From NCBI GenBank assembly GCA_964013405.1, contig CAXGWI010000041.1:1-24165 (forward strand): a stretch of DNA of 24,165 bases. The letters run 5' to 3'. Under the pieces are notes generated by a model that was not told the DNA's origin, searched no databases, and worked only from the letters and a program-made list of their open reading frames with translations. Both the position numbers and the translations under genes were made by a program. Below, piece by piece: positions 15,255 to 23,731 of this stretch (position 1 is its first letter; each line of letters opens with the position of its first letter). This DNA comes from an uncultured Myxococcales bacterium (GTDB lineage Bacteria; Myxococcota; UBA4151).

Positions 15255-16976
15255 TCAATCCCGGCCGACGACGACCTGTTCTCGGGCACCGGGCTCCCCG
15301 GGGCGAGCCACCGAGCCGCCGCCGCTGCCACCGTTTTCTAGATCGAAGGTGCAGCCGCTCACATCAAAGTCAGTGCCATCCACCGCCCAAATCCCCACGC
15401 TGGGTCCACCGCCGCCGCCGCCGCCGCCGCCGCCGTCACCACCGGCGCCGCCAGCACCACCGGCGCCGCCGGCACCGGAATCATCTTCATTTTGCCCCCG
15501 GATCCCGCCACTACCACCAGCGCCGCCCCTTTGGCCCGCCGTGCCAGCGCCACCGTGACCACCGCCACCAGTGATGAAGGTGCAGGATTCAAAGTCAGCA
15601 GCGCCCGCGAGCACAAGGACGGCGACAGAAGCACCACCGCCACCGCCACCACCGCCGCCGATACCGCCGCAACCGCCGCCGCCGCCACCACCACCGGCAC
15701 CGCCGTAACTGGAGCAGAGCACATCGCCACCGCCGCCGCCGCCGCCACCGCCGCCGCCATTACCTGCGGCCCCTTCACCGCCGTTGGCCCCTTGGGCCGC
15801 TTGGTAGGTCCTGCCGGAGAAGGTACCGAGCGCGCCGCCGGCTCGACCATCGATGCCGGCCGCCCCCGGAGCACCACTGTCTCCATCACGACCGTCCTGG
15901 CCAGATTGGCCACCGGTACCAGCAGCCGTACCGCCAGCACCCGCATTCCCGGCCTCACCGGCGTTGTTTCCCTTTCGAGGTCGACCCCCCTCACCACCGG
16001 GCCGGCCACATGGGCTGGTTCCTGGAACGCCCCCTCGAGGCCGATCACAACTTTCACAAAGGAACGAGCCATCCTCGCAACCATCGATCCCCTTGCCTCC
16101 CTGGAGGCCCGGAGCCGCCCCCAGACCCTCGGGGTCGACGGCACTGGCCGCAAGTCCATCACTGCCACGCCCCGCTTCGAAGAGACTGTTGCGAACGTGA
16201 ACCCCGTCCCCGTCTTCGATGATGAGGGCCACTGACATGCTCCCGGGCTCATCAGCCTGGGCGTCAGGCACGCGAATCACGAGGCTGTCCACGAGGACAC
16301 CTTCGCCACCGCCGAGCACCACCGGTCCAAGCCCGTCGACGAACTCCGCCCGCGCCAGGGAAGAACGAGTCCAATTACCATCGGCTGAGTGCCCAGCGAT
16401 CAGGCTAACGCCCGCCGGGATGTCGCCCAGGCCAGCGATGCTGTAATCCCCCTCGGCGAGGATCAAACGCTGCCTTCCGGTGTCCGAATCCACAAGATTG
16501 AGGCCAGCAGCCACCGTGTCGACGGGGTCTTCCGGGGTCCCAGCCCCATCATCGCTCCCGTTCGTGGAGACAAAGATCAGTCGACTGAGCACGCCATCAA
16601 AGCCATCGCAGTTCGCATCGATCCCCTCATCATCAACCGGATCGAGGGGGTCGGTCACGCGGCATTCGTATTCACAGCCGTTCTCTGGTGATCCATCCAA
16701 ATCATGAAAGTCTGGGCGACATGAACCCATTTGGCATTCGCTATCGACGCACAGTGCTTCCGCACCAAAAAACGCACACACATGATCGCAAACGCCACAG
16801 TGATTCGGGTCGCTGTGCGTGTTCTCCGGGTCGCAAGCGCCCCCATCGGGCGCCATCCCTGCATCGACCACCGGGGGGCCTGAATCAGGTGTCAAACCAG
16901 CATCTGGTGTGCCAGTAACGGGTTCTTTCGGACAGGCTGCCAGCACAACGCTCAGCAGAACGATTGTTCGGTTCAT
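15255..16976 (-). CDS. Glycine-rich (PE_PGRS-like) myxobacterial-type lipoprotein
   Basis: Lipobox VLAAC; PDAG linker; Cys-rich module (DPNHCGVCDHVC...NGCEYEC); GIDANCDGFDG motif; IFVSTNGSDDGAGTPEDP motif; long poly-Gly tracts. Confidence 0.88.
   Translation of the reverse strand: MNRTIVLLSVVLAACPKEPVTGTPDAGLTPDSGPPVVDAGMAPDGGACDPENTHSDPNHCGVCDHVCAFFGAEALCVDSECQMGSCRPDFHDLDGSPENGCEYECRVTDPLDPVDDEGIDANCDGFDGVLSRLIFVSTNGSDDGAGTPEDPVDTVAAGLNLVDSDTGRQRLILAEGDYSIAGLGDIPAGVSLIAGHSADGNWTRSSLARAEFVDGLGPVVLGGGEGVLVDSLVIRVPDAQADEPGSMSVALIIEDGDGVHVRNSLFEAGRGSDGLAASAVDPEGLGAAPGLQGGKGIDGCEDGSFLCESCDRPRGGVPGTSPCGRPGGEGGRPRKGNNAGEAGNAGAGGTAAGTGGQSGQDGRDGDSGAPGAAGIDGRAGGALGTFSGRTYQAAQGANGGEGAAGNGGGGGGGGGGGDVLCSSYGGAGGGGGGGGCGGIGGGGGGGGGASVAVLVLAGAADFESCTFITGGGGHGGAGTAGQRGGAGGSGGIRGQNEDDSGAGGAGGAGGAGGDGGGGGGGGGGPSVGIWAVDGTDFDVSGCTFDLENGGSGGGSVARPGEPGAREQVVVGRD
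15409..15435. repeat. Perfect (CCG)9 microsatellite within a poly-Gly tract
   Basis: Read directly from the sequence; further imperfect CCG/CCA runs at about 15630-15760. Confidence 0.85.
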
Positions 16977-18334
16977 GAGATCCTCCGCAAGGTCCCTTGG
17001 CTCCCCCCTGAAACGATAGAACGGCCCGTCGCTTCAAGCCAGGCCTGGAAATCCTGACGAGCACGATCCAATCGGCGCGCCTTACGCTCAGCCTTTTTCC
17101 AGCGCCCTTCAAGAGGCGGGAAGAGTCCCCAATGAATGTTGTTGGGCTCGTGGGCTGCTCCGGGGGCCTTGTGTGCACCACGCAAATGCCCCCAAAGGGC
17201 TCCGAGCGCTGTGGTCTCCGGTGGGCAGATCCAGGGCGTGCCTGCCCCATCGCAGAGCAGTAACTGGGCGAGCAGATGGCCGACGGACAGGCTCTCCACA
17301 TAACCCTCGCAGCCCGTAATCTGACCGGCTAGATGCACATGGGGCTGCCCCTTCAAGGCCATGCGGTCATCGAGACAGCGCGGCGCATCCACATAGGTAT
17401 TTCGGTGCACCACACCGAGCCGGAGGAACCGGGCTTCGCCCATGCCAGGAAGGGATTGAAAGATCCGTCGCTGGTCGCCCCACTTCATCCGGGTTTGAAA
17501 GCCCACCATGTTGTAGCTGGTGCCAGCTTGGTTCTCGGCTCGTAATTGGATCACTGCATAGGGATCTCGACCGGTTCGAGGATCGGGCAGGCCTACGGGC
17601 TTCATGGGACCATAGCGCAGCGTCTCCACCCCTCGCTGGGCCATCACCTCAAGGGGAAGGCAGCCTTCAAAGTATTTCAAATCCTCAAAATCATGGGCTT
17701 GCACCCGATCCGCGGCCAGGACCGCTTCGAGAAACGCGAGGTATTCAGATTGGGTGAGCGGGATGTTGAGATAGTCCGCACCATCACCTTTACCGTAGCG
17801 ACTCATGGCGTAGATGATGTTTCGATCCAGGCTGTCGGCTTCAACGATGGGCGCGATGGCATCGTAGAAGGCGAGGCGCTCCCCCACCTCTTGCTGGATC
17901 CGGCCCGCCAAGCCCTCGGCGGTGAGCGGCCCCGTCGCGAGGATCCACGGCTCGGGCCCTGGGCCCCAGTCCGTGACCACTTCAGCCCGCTGCTCGATCA
18001 GCGGCTCCTCCTTGAGCGCCATACGGACCCCATGGGCAAAGCCCTCACGGTCGACGGCTAAAGCGTCGCCGGCCGGCACTGCATGCTCACGGGCAAGAGC
18101 CAGTAAGGGTGATTGAAGGTGGTCCAACTCCTCTTTGATCAGGCCGACGGCGTTGAGCGGATTGTTGCTCCGCAGACTGTTGGAGCAGACCAACTCGGCT
18201 GGCGCATCACTGACCTGGGCGGGAGTCCGTTGGATGGGGTTCTGCTCGAGCAATCGAACCGAAAGCCCTCCCCGTGCGAGGACCAAGGCCGCTTCACAGC
18301 CTGCCAAGCCGGCACCGACAATCGTGATGGTCAT
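16973..18334 (-). CDS. trmFO: Methylenetetrahydrofolate-tRNA-(uracil-54)-methyltransferase TrmFO (Gid)
   Basis: IVGAGLAGCEAA, AELVCSNSL, LATGPLT, FYDAIAPIV, YFEGCLPLE, GPMKPVGL, VGFQT, GVVHRNTY, AGQITGCEGY. Start set at ATG 18334 (GAGG upstream). Confidence 0.97.
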   Translation of the reverse strand: MTITIVGAGLAGCEAALVLARGGLSVRLLEQNPIQRTPAQVSDAPAELVCSNSLRSNNPLNAVGLIKEELDHLQSPLLALAREHAVPAGDALAVDREGFAHGVRMALKEEPLIEQRAEVVTDWGPGPEPWILATGPLTAEGLAGRIQQEVGERLAFYDAIAPIVEADSLDRNIIYAMSRYGKGDGADYLNIPLTQSEYLAFLEAVLAADRVQAHDFEDLKYFEGCLPLEVMAQRGVETLRYGPMKPVGLPDPRTGRDPYAVIQLRAENQAGTSYNMVGFQTRMKWGDQRRIFQSLPGMGEARFLRLGVVHRNTYVDAPRCLDDRMALKGQPHVHLAGQITGCEGYVESLSVGHLLAQLLLCDGAGTPWICPPETTALGALWGHLRGAHKAPGAAHEPNNIHWGLFPPLEGRWKKAERKARRLDRARQDFQAWLEATGRSIVSGGSQGTLRRIS

Positions 18335-18359
18335 GGGTTCCCGCCTCAAGCCAGCAAGT

Positions 18360-19112
18360 TCAAGTGATCAACCGATACATCCTCGGAGCCAGTCGGACAA
18401 CGCGGCCCTCCAGTTCCAATTCCAAGAGGGTCAGATGCAGCTCCTGCCCCCAAGCCTTGACCAAGTCATCGGTCAACCGGCCACCGGTGTTGCGTAGGGC
18501 CGCTTCCAGCGGATGGTCTTTGCGCCCCTCGCTGGCTACGATCTGCCGACAGCCCCCGTTTCCTGGCCCGTCCCCCGGTGACCACCAGGCCTCCACGGGG
18601 ATGCCTAACTCCCGTGCGAACCGCACCGTGTGCATGGTGCCGCCCCGGGGCGCGGCCCAAGCCACCACGATCCGATCACAGAGTGCAGCCAAAAGGCGAT
18701 TGCGGGCCACGTAGCGAGCCTTCGCATTGTTCCTTGAGTGACTCAGGCAAAACACAGCGCCCGATGCGCCGACGACCGATTCGACCGCCAGACGAGCTTG
18801 GCCGACCCAACCGGCCTCTAAACCAAAAGGTACAACCGCAACCGAGCCGGTGGGCAGCGCACCACGATGGGCGGCAGCATCCACCCCGACGGCGCCACCG
18901 CTCACGACGGTTTCGCCGGCTTCCACGCACTGGCGAGCATAGGCTTCCACCCCACGACGAACGGCCGGCGGCGCAGCCCGAGCCCCGACGATCCCCACTC
19001 GAGGTGAAGGTGGCAAAGGGTGACCCACAAACCAACACGAAGGCGGCTGACCGTGGGCCAACTCTCGCCATGGTTGGGGATAGTTGGCCGCGCCCGGCTC
19101 CAAACAAATCAT
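18360..19112 (-). CDS. dprA: DNA-processing protein DprA (compact: Rossmann domain plus C-terminal winged helix)
   Basis: YP..., VGIVGAR, VVSGGAVGVDAAAHRGAL, RNRLLAAL, GGTMHT..FA..LG, and the winged-helix tail LLELELEGRV. Confidence 0.9.
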   Translation of the reverse strand: MICLEPGAANYPQPWRELAHGQPPSCWFVGHPLPPSPRVGIVGARAAPPAVRRGVEAYARQCVEAGETVVSGGAVGVDAAAHRGALPTGSVAVVPFGLEAGWVGQARLAVESVVGASGAVFCLSHSRNNAKARYVARNRLLAALCDRIVVAWAAPRGGTMHTVRFARELGIPVEAWWSPGDGPGNGGCRQIVASEGRKDHPLEAALRNTGGRLTDDLVKAWGQELHLTLLELELEGRVVRLAPRMYRLIT

Positions 19113-19267
19113 GACAGACCTCGCTGTAGGTCACTCCCCTAAACCAGGGGTCTGACATCTGGGACCGAGTCCGCGCGAAAGGCAGCCAAACTCGCTTCTC
19201 ACTAGCGTCGAAGGGCCTTTTTGGGCAGGAGGCTATTGGAAGGGGCCTTTTCGCCCCAGAGGATGTG

Positions 19268-21472
19268 ATGCCTGCCAGTCCGAGCCGAGCACGAAGTCCC
19301 CGTAAGAAGCGCAGCACCAACGGGCGGACTTCCGGCTTCTCCCTCGCCAATGGTGAGGAGTTGAGAAACCTACCCGTTCCGAAACGATTTACCGCCCAGG
19401 ATTGCCTCGCGATTTATCGCAACATGCTCATGTCCCGCCGCCTCGATGATCGGGAGGTCATGCTCAAGCGGCAAAACCGCATCTACTTCCAGATCTCCGG
19501 CGCCGGCCATGAAGGTCTGCTGACCGGCATCGGCCGCAGCCTGGTGAAAGGCCGGGATTGGTCCGTCGGCTACTATCGAGACCGGGCCCTCATGCTGGAG
19601 ATGGGCTTCGATGCCGTCTGCAATATGAAAGCGGCCTTGGGCACCCCCGATGACCCCAGCAATGGTGGTCGGCAGATGCCCGTCCATTTCGGCCATAAGG
19701 CTTTGAAGATTCTCAACCACAGCAGTTGCACAGGCACACAGTATTTGATGGCCGTGGGCGCCGCTGAGGGGGGGCGCCATCTCGAGCGGATCAAAGCGGC
19801 AGGTCACGATGTCGCCGAGGACAGTCACCCCCAAGAAGTGGTCGTCTGCTGCACTGGCGATGGGGCCACCAGCGAGGGCGAATGGTGGGAGGCTCTGAAC
19901 ACGGCCACCAATCTGAAGTTGCCCGTGGTGTTCGTGGTCGAAGATAATGGCTACGCCATTTCAGTCCCCCGAGAGGTGGGCACCTCCGGCGATTCCATCT
20001 CCAAGCTCTTTGGTCAGTTCCCGAATCTCTTCACCCTAGAGGTGGATGGCTGCGACCCGCTGGCAAGTCAGGAGGCCGCCGAGCAGGCCATCGCCTGGGC
20101 ACGCAGCGGCAACGGTCCAGCCCTGCTCCATGGACATGTGGTGCGACTCTACTCCCATTCGATGAGTGATGACGAGTCCATGTATCGCCCCTCCGAAGAA
20201 CTGGAAGCGGCGATTGCTCGCTGCCCAATCTCGAGCTTTGGCGACCGACTCATCGCCGCAGGCCTCTGCAGCCAAGAGGATCTAGACAGCACTCTGGAGT
20301 CGGTAGACCAAGAGATCGCCGCGGCGCTCAAGGAGGCGGAACAGAGCCCCCCCCATGACACCAGCACCGTCATGAACAATCTGTTTAGTCCCGATAATGA
20401 CGGCACGGGCGACGAGTATCTGAGCTTGGCCGAAGGGGAAGCAGATGCGACACCGAAGGGTATGGCCGACCTGATCAACTCCGTGCTGCATGAAGAGATG
20501 GCCCGAGACCCCCGGATCGTCGTCTTTGGCCAGGATGTAGCTGACGCCAGCCGCCCGGAGGTCCTCGAGGACCTGAAGGGCAAAGGTGGTGTCTTCAAGC
20601 TCACGGCCGGCCTGCAAAAAGCGTTCGGTGGTGAGCGCTGCTACAACTCGCCCCTTGCCGAAGCGAACATCGTCGGCCGGGCCGTGGGGATGGCGATGCG
20701 AGGCATCCGCCCCGTCGTTGAAATCCAGTTCTTCGATTATATCTGGCCCGCCATGCAGCAGTTGCGTAACGAACTCGCCACCCTGCGCTGGCGCAGCGAT
20801 GGTGATTTCAGTGCGCCGATCGTGGTTCGCGTCCCATATGGCGGCTACTTGAAGGGCGGCAGCATTTACCACAGCCAAACCGGCGAAACCCTGTTTGCCC
20901 ATTGCCCGGGCTTGCGGGTGATCATGCCCAGCAATGCGGAAGATGCCACCGGACTCCTACGGACCGCCATCCGCTGTGATGATCCCGTGATGTTCTTGGA
21001 GCCGAAGCATCTGTATCGGCAGACCTATAACAAAGCGGTTCATCCAGGGCGCGACTTCACGATCCCGTTTGGCCGAGCGAAGGTGGTGCGAGCGGGCTCG
21101 CAGTTAACCATTTGTACTTACGGGAACCTGGTCCGGCGCTGCCAAGAAGCCAGCCGCCAGTTGGAGCAAGAAGGCATCGATCTCGAGATTCTCGACATGC
21201 GCGGTGTCAGCCCTTGGGACCAACAGGCACTCACCAGCAGCGTGAAGAAGACGAACCGTTTGGTGGTGGTCTACGAGGACTCAAAATCTTGGGGTGGTGG
21301 CAGCGAAATGGCCGCCTGGGCAGCGGAAGAGCTGTTCGATTACCTCGATTGTCCGGTCTACCGACTGGCTTCCAAAGACACGTGGGTCGGTTATCACCCC
21401 GACCTAGAAGACGTCACGCTGCCCCAAGTTGATGACGTCATCGCAGTCGTTCGACGGGCGCTCGGCTACTAG
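19268..21472 (+). CDS. 2-oxoacid (probably branched-chain) dehydrogenase E1, fused alpha/beta subunits
   Basis: [25 protein letters not shown] motif GDGATSEG...EDN, HSMSDD; beta part [45 protein letters not shown] at 19258-19263; the start could be GTG 19265. Confidence 0.93.
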   Translation: MPASPSRARSPRKKRSTNGRTSGFSLANGEELRNLPVPKRFTAQDCLAIYRNMLMSRRLDDREVMLKRQNRIYFQISGAGHEGLLTGIGRSLVKGRDWSVGYYRDRALMLEMGFDAVCNMKAALGTPDDPSNGGRQMPVHFGHKALKILNHSSCTGTQYLMAVGAAEGGRHLERIKAAGHDVAEDSHPQEVVVCCTGDGATSEGEWWEALNTATNLKLPVVFVVEDNGYAISVPREVGTSGDSISKLFGQFPNLFTLEVDGCDPLASQEAAEQAIAWARSGNGPALLHGHVVRLYSHSMSDDESMYRPSEELEAAIARCPISSFGDRLIAAGLCSQEDLDSTLESVDQEIAAALKEAEQSPPHDTSTVMNNLFSPDNDGTGDEYLSLAEGEADATPKGMADLINSVLHEEMARDPRIVVFGQDVADASRPEVLEDLKGKGGVFKLTAGLQKAFGGERCYNSPLAEANIVGRAVGMAMRGIRPVVEIQFFDYIWPAMQQLRNELATLRWRSDGDFSAPIVVRVPYGGYLKGGSIYHSQTGETLFAHCPGLRVIMPSNAEDATGLLRTAIRCDDPVMFLEPKHLYRQTYNKAVHPGRDFTIPFGRAKVVRAGSQLTICTYGNLVRRCQEASRQLEQEGIDLEILDMRGVSPWDQQALTSSVKKTNRLVVVYEDSKSWGGGSEMAAWAAEELFDYLDCPVYRLASKDTWVGYHPDLEDVTLPQVDDVIAVVRRALGY

Positions 21473-21474
21473 CG

Positions 21475-22803
21475 TCAGCGTTCTGCGTCAGCGACACAGG
21501 TCATGAGCAATTGCCCGCCTTCGCCCCGGTTGGGCGGATAATCATCGGAGCCCAAAGGCCCTTCGCCCTGGTCAACCCCGCTGGCAAACCACCAGGTGAT
21601 GACACTGGCACAGTCGTGACCGGCATTCCCGGCCCCCGTGTTTGACCGAAGGTAGCCGTTGGCCTGGCAGAACGCATCCCAATTGCCGTGGTCCGGATGG
21701 CGCTGCCTGGGTTCATTGAGACTATTGAAGACGCCAATGCGACGATCTCCGCCCAAGCCAGGTGCGCGCCCCGTGCCGTAACCACAAAATTGGATCGTCC
21801 CAAGGTCACCATTCCGGGCGGGAGCTTCCTCTTCGCAGTTCGCCGAACAGCCGTCCCCATCCCGCTGGTTCCCATCGTCACAAGCCTCCTGCGGATGCCA
21901 AACGAAGCCGTCGCCGCAACGAGCAGGCTCACAGGCTGACGTGCAGGCATCATCGTCTCGACGATTGCCATCGTCGCATGCTTCCCGGCCTTGCCAAAGG
22001 TTGCCATCGCCACAGTCGGCGGGAAAACAATCGATCAGGCAGGCATCCTCGTTGGAGTCGTTGCCGTCATCGCATTCTTCTCGACCGGCCCAAACCACAC
22101 CATCGCCACAGCGGGCCCGCGTGCAGTCATTGAGACATTGATCTTCATTCCGGTCGTTGCCGTCGTCACACTCTTCATCGCCACGGACCAGGGCATCGCC
22201 ACAACCGGAGCGGCGACACTCGAAGCAGCCGTCGTTTTCCACGTCATTCCCGTCATCGCAGGCCTCACCGGGACCGACCACGCCATCACCACAACGGGCG
22301 AGTTCGCAGTTGTTGCGACAGGCATCGGTCTCGATGGCATTGCCATCATCACAGGCCTCATCGGGCCCCACATAACCGTCGCCGCAGCGAGCCGCCTCAC
22401 AGCTGCTCAGGCAGGCGTCCTGATCATTGTTGTTACCATCATCGCAGGCCTCACCGGGACCGATGACACCATCACCACAGCGAGCCCGTCGACAACTGGA
22501 CAAGCACGCATCGTTGTCGTTCGTGTTGCCATCGTCGCAGGCCTCGTAGTCGGCCTCTCCCTCCATCCGGTCCTGGCGTATCAAGCCGTCGCCACAACGG
22601 GCCGGTTCGCAAGCATTGGTACAAGCGTTTCGGTCATCTCGGTCGCCGTCATCACAGGCTTCGTCAACATCGACGATACCATCACCACATTGGCTGTCTG
22701 GGGCGTTTTGACCTGCGTCAGGCAGGGTTTGTGGCGGCGCCGGGTCGACCTGCGAACCACAGCCCACCGGCAGAAGGCAGGCCAGTGCAAGCCAACGTGT
22801 CAT
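21475..22803 (-). CDS. Myxococcus-type cysteine-rich repeat (DUF4215-like) lipoprotein, 9 repeats plus a 116-aa C-terminal domain
   Basis: Leader ending LPVGC; PDAG linker; 9 CGDG...CDDGN units; C-terminal domain not alignable by eye to that of 5221-7488. Confidence 0.9.
   Translation of the reverse strand: MTRWLALACLLPVGCGSQVDPAPPQTLPDAGQNAPDSQCGDGIVDVDEACDDGDRDDRNACTNACEPARCGDGLIRQDRMEGEADYEACDDGNTNDNDACLSSCRRARCGDGVIGPGEACDDGNNNDQDACLSSCEAARCGDGYVGPDEACDDGNAIETDACRNNCELARCGDGVVGPGEACDDGNDVENDGCFECRRSGCGDALVRGDEECDDGNDRNEDQCLNDCTRARCGDGVVWAGREECDDGNDSNEDACLIDCFPADCGDGNLWQGREACDDGNRRDDDACTSACEPARCGDGFVWHPQEACDDGNQRDGDGCSANCEEEAPARNGDLGTIQFCGYGTGRAPGLGGDRRIGVFNSLNEPRQRHPDHGNWDAFCQANGYLRSNTGAGNAGHDCASVITWWFASGVDQGEGPLGSDDYPPNRGEGGQLLMTCVADAER
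21826..22689 (-). repeat. Coding tandem array: 9 Cys-rich units (8 short, 1 of 39 aa)
   Basis: Counted from the translation. Confidence 0.9.
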
Positions 22804-22809
22804 GGGCGA

Positions 22810-23667
22810 TCAGCCCCTTTGCGGTACAAAAGCCAACGCATCGAGGGCCCGGACGTCACAATCTGCATCCGTGACCAAGTCGCCGGCAGCGTTCACCCTC
22901 GCAGTGCCAACCTTCGAGGTCACCGCCGTACTGTCATCCACGGTCCAGACATCATAAACGCTGCCAGCCAAATCGACATCACCGAGTTTGACAACCACCC
23001 CGATCGGCGCCTCGGCATAGAGATGATCCGGCTCAAGCAGGAAGGTTAGGACACCGGTTGCGTCATCGCCCCAAGGATCCACATCCAAGGGAGGGAACTG
23101 CTCAGGCATGACTTCCCGAGCCGCAACCGTGTTGTCATCCTCGATGGGAAATTTGATTCCACTGTCTGGGGCGGTCAATTCCAGGCGACCATTGGCCAGC
23201 ACGACGGTGGCCCCGCCCCACTCCGTCCGTTCCTGCTTCTCAAACATAACGATCGGGCGCGGCAGGCCGGTGGTCTCTTCCTCGCGCACCACTTGGTGCC
23301 AAAGCGTCGTCCGATAACGCTCATCGTGATCAAAGGTTTTCATCTTCCGGGGACCGATGGGGATGTCGCTGTAGCTATAAGTGCCCGTTTCGTCGGTGGT
23401 ATAGATGAGACAGGTCGAAGGGCTGCAGCAAAGGATGTCGACGTTCGCCACACCTTCCCCATCCACGGTCTCGATGCGGCCCTCCAAATGCCCTTCAGGG
23501 GGCGGCGGCCCTGCATCAAAGGGCGTAAAGTTCCAACCTCCGGCGTCAGGCTGCGCGATCGTGCGCCCCACATCCCGTCGAGGCCCTGCATCCTGCACCG
23601 CCGGTTCAGCGGGACAGCCGAGCATAAAGAGTCCGGCCGTCAGAGCCGCCAGTTGAAGTCGTCGCAT
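22810..23667 (-). CDS. Hypothetical lipoprotein with a carboxypeptidase-regulatory-like (prealbumin-fold) domain
   Basis: GGAG upstream of ATG 23667 (MRRLQLAALTAGLFMLGC lipobox); DAG linker repeats; LEGRIETVDGEGVANVDI...TTDETGTYSYSDIP pattern. Confidence 0.8.
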   Translation of the reverse strand: MRRLQLAALTAGLFMLGCPAEPAVQDAGPRRDVGRTIAQPDAGGWNFTPFDAGPPPPEGHLEGRIETVDGEGVANVDILCCSPSTCLIYTTDETGTYSYSDIPIGPRKMKTFDHDERYRTTLWHQVVREEETTGLPRPIVMFEKQERTEWGGATVVLANGRLELTAPDSGIKFPIEDDNTVAAREVMPEQFPPLDVDPWGDDATGVLTFLLEPDHLYAEAPIGVVVKLGDVDLAGSVYDVWTVDDSTAVTSKVGTARVNAAGDLVTDADCDVRALDALAFVPQRG

Positions 23668-23731
23668 CACCAATCTCTCCCGATCCGAGCCCATTGTTCC
23701 CGAGGGACTCGGCCACCGCAAGGGGCAGGAT

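Noticed and set aside
15409..15435. (CCG)9 as an on/off phase-variation switch
   Set aside because: Trinucleotide slippage keeps the frame and would only change poly-Gly length.
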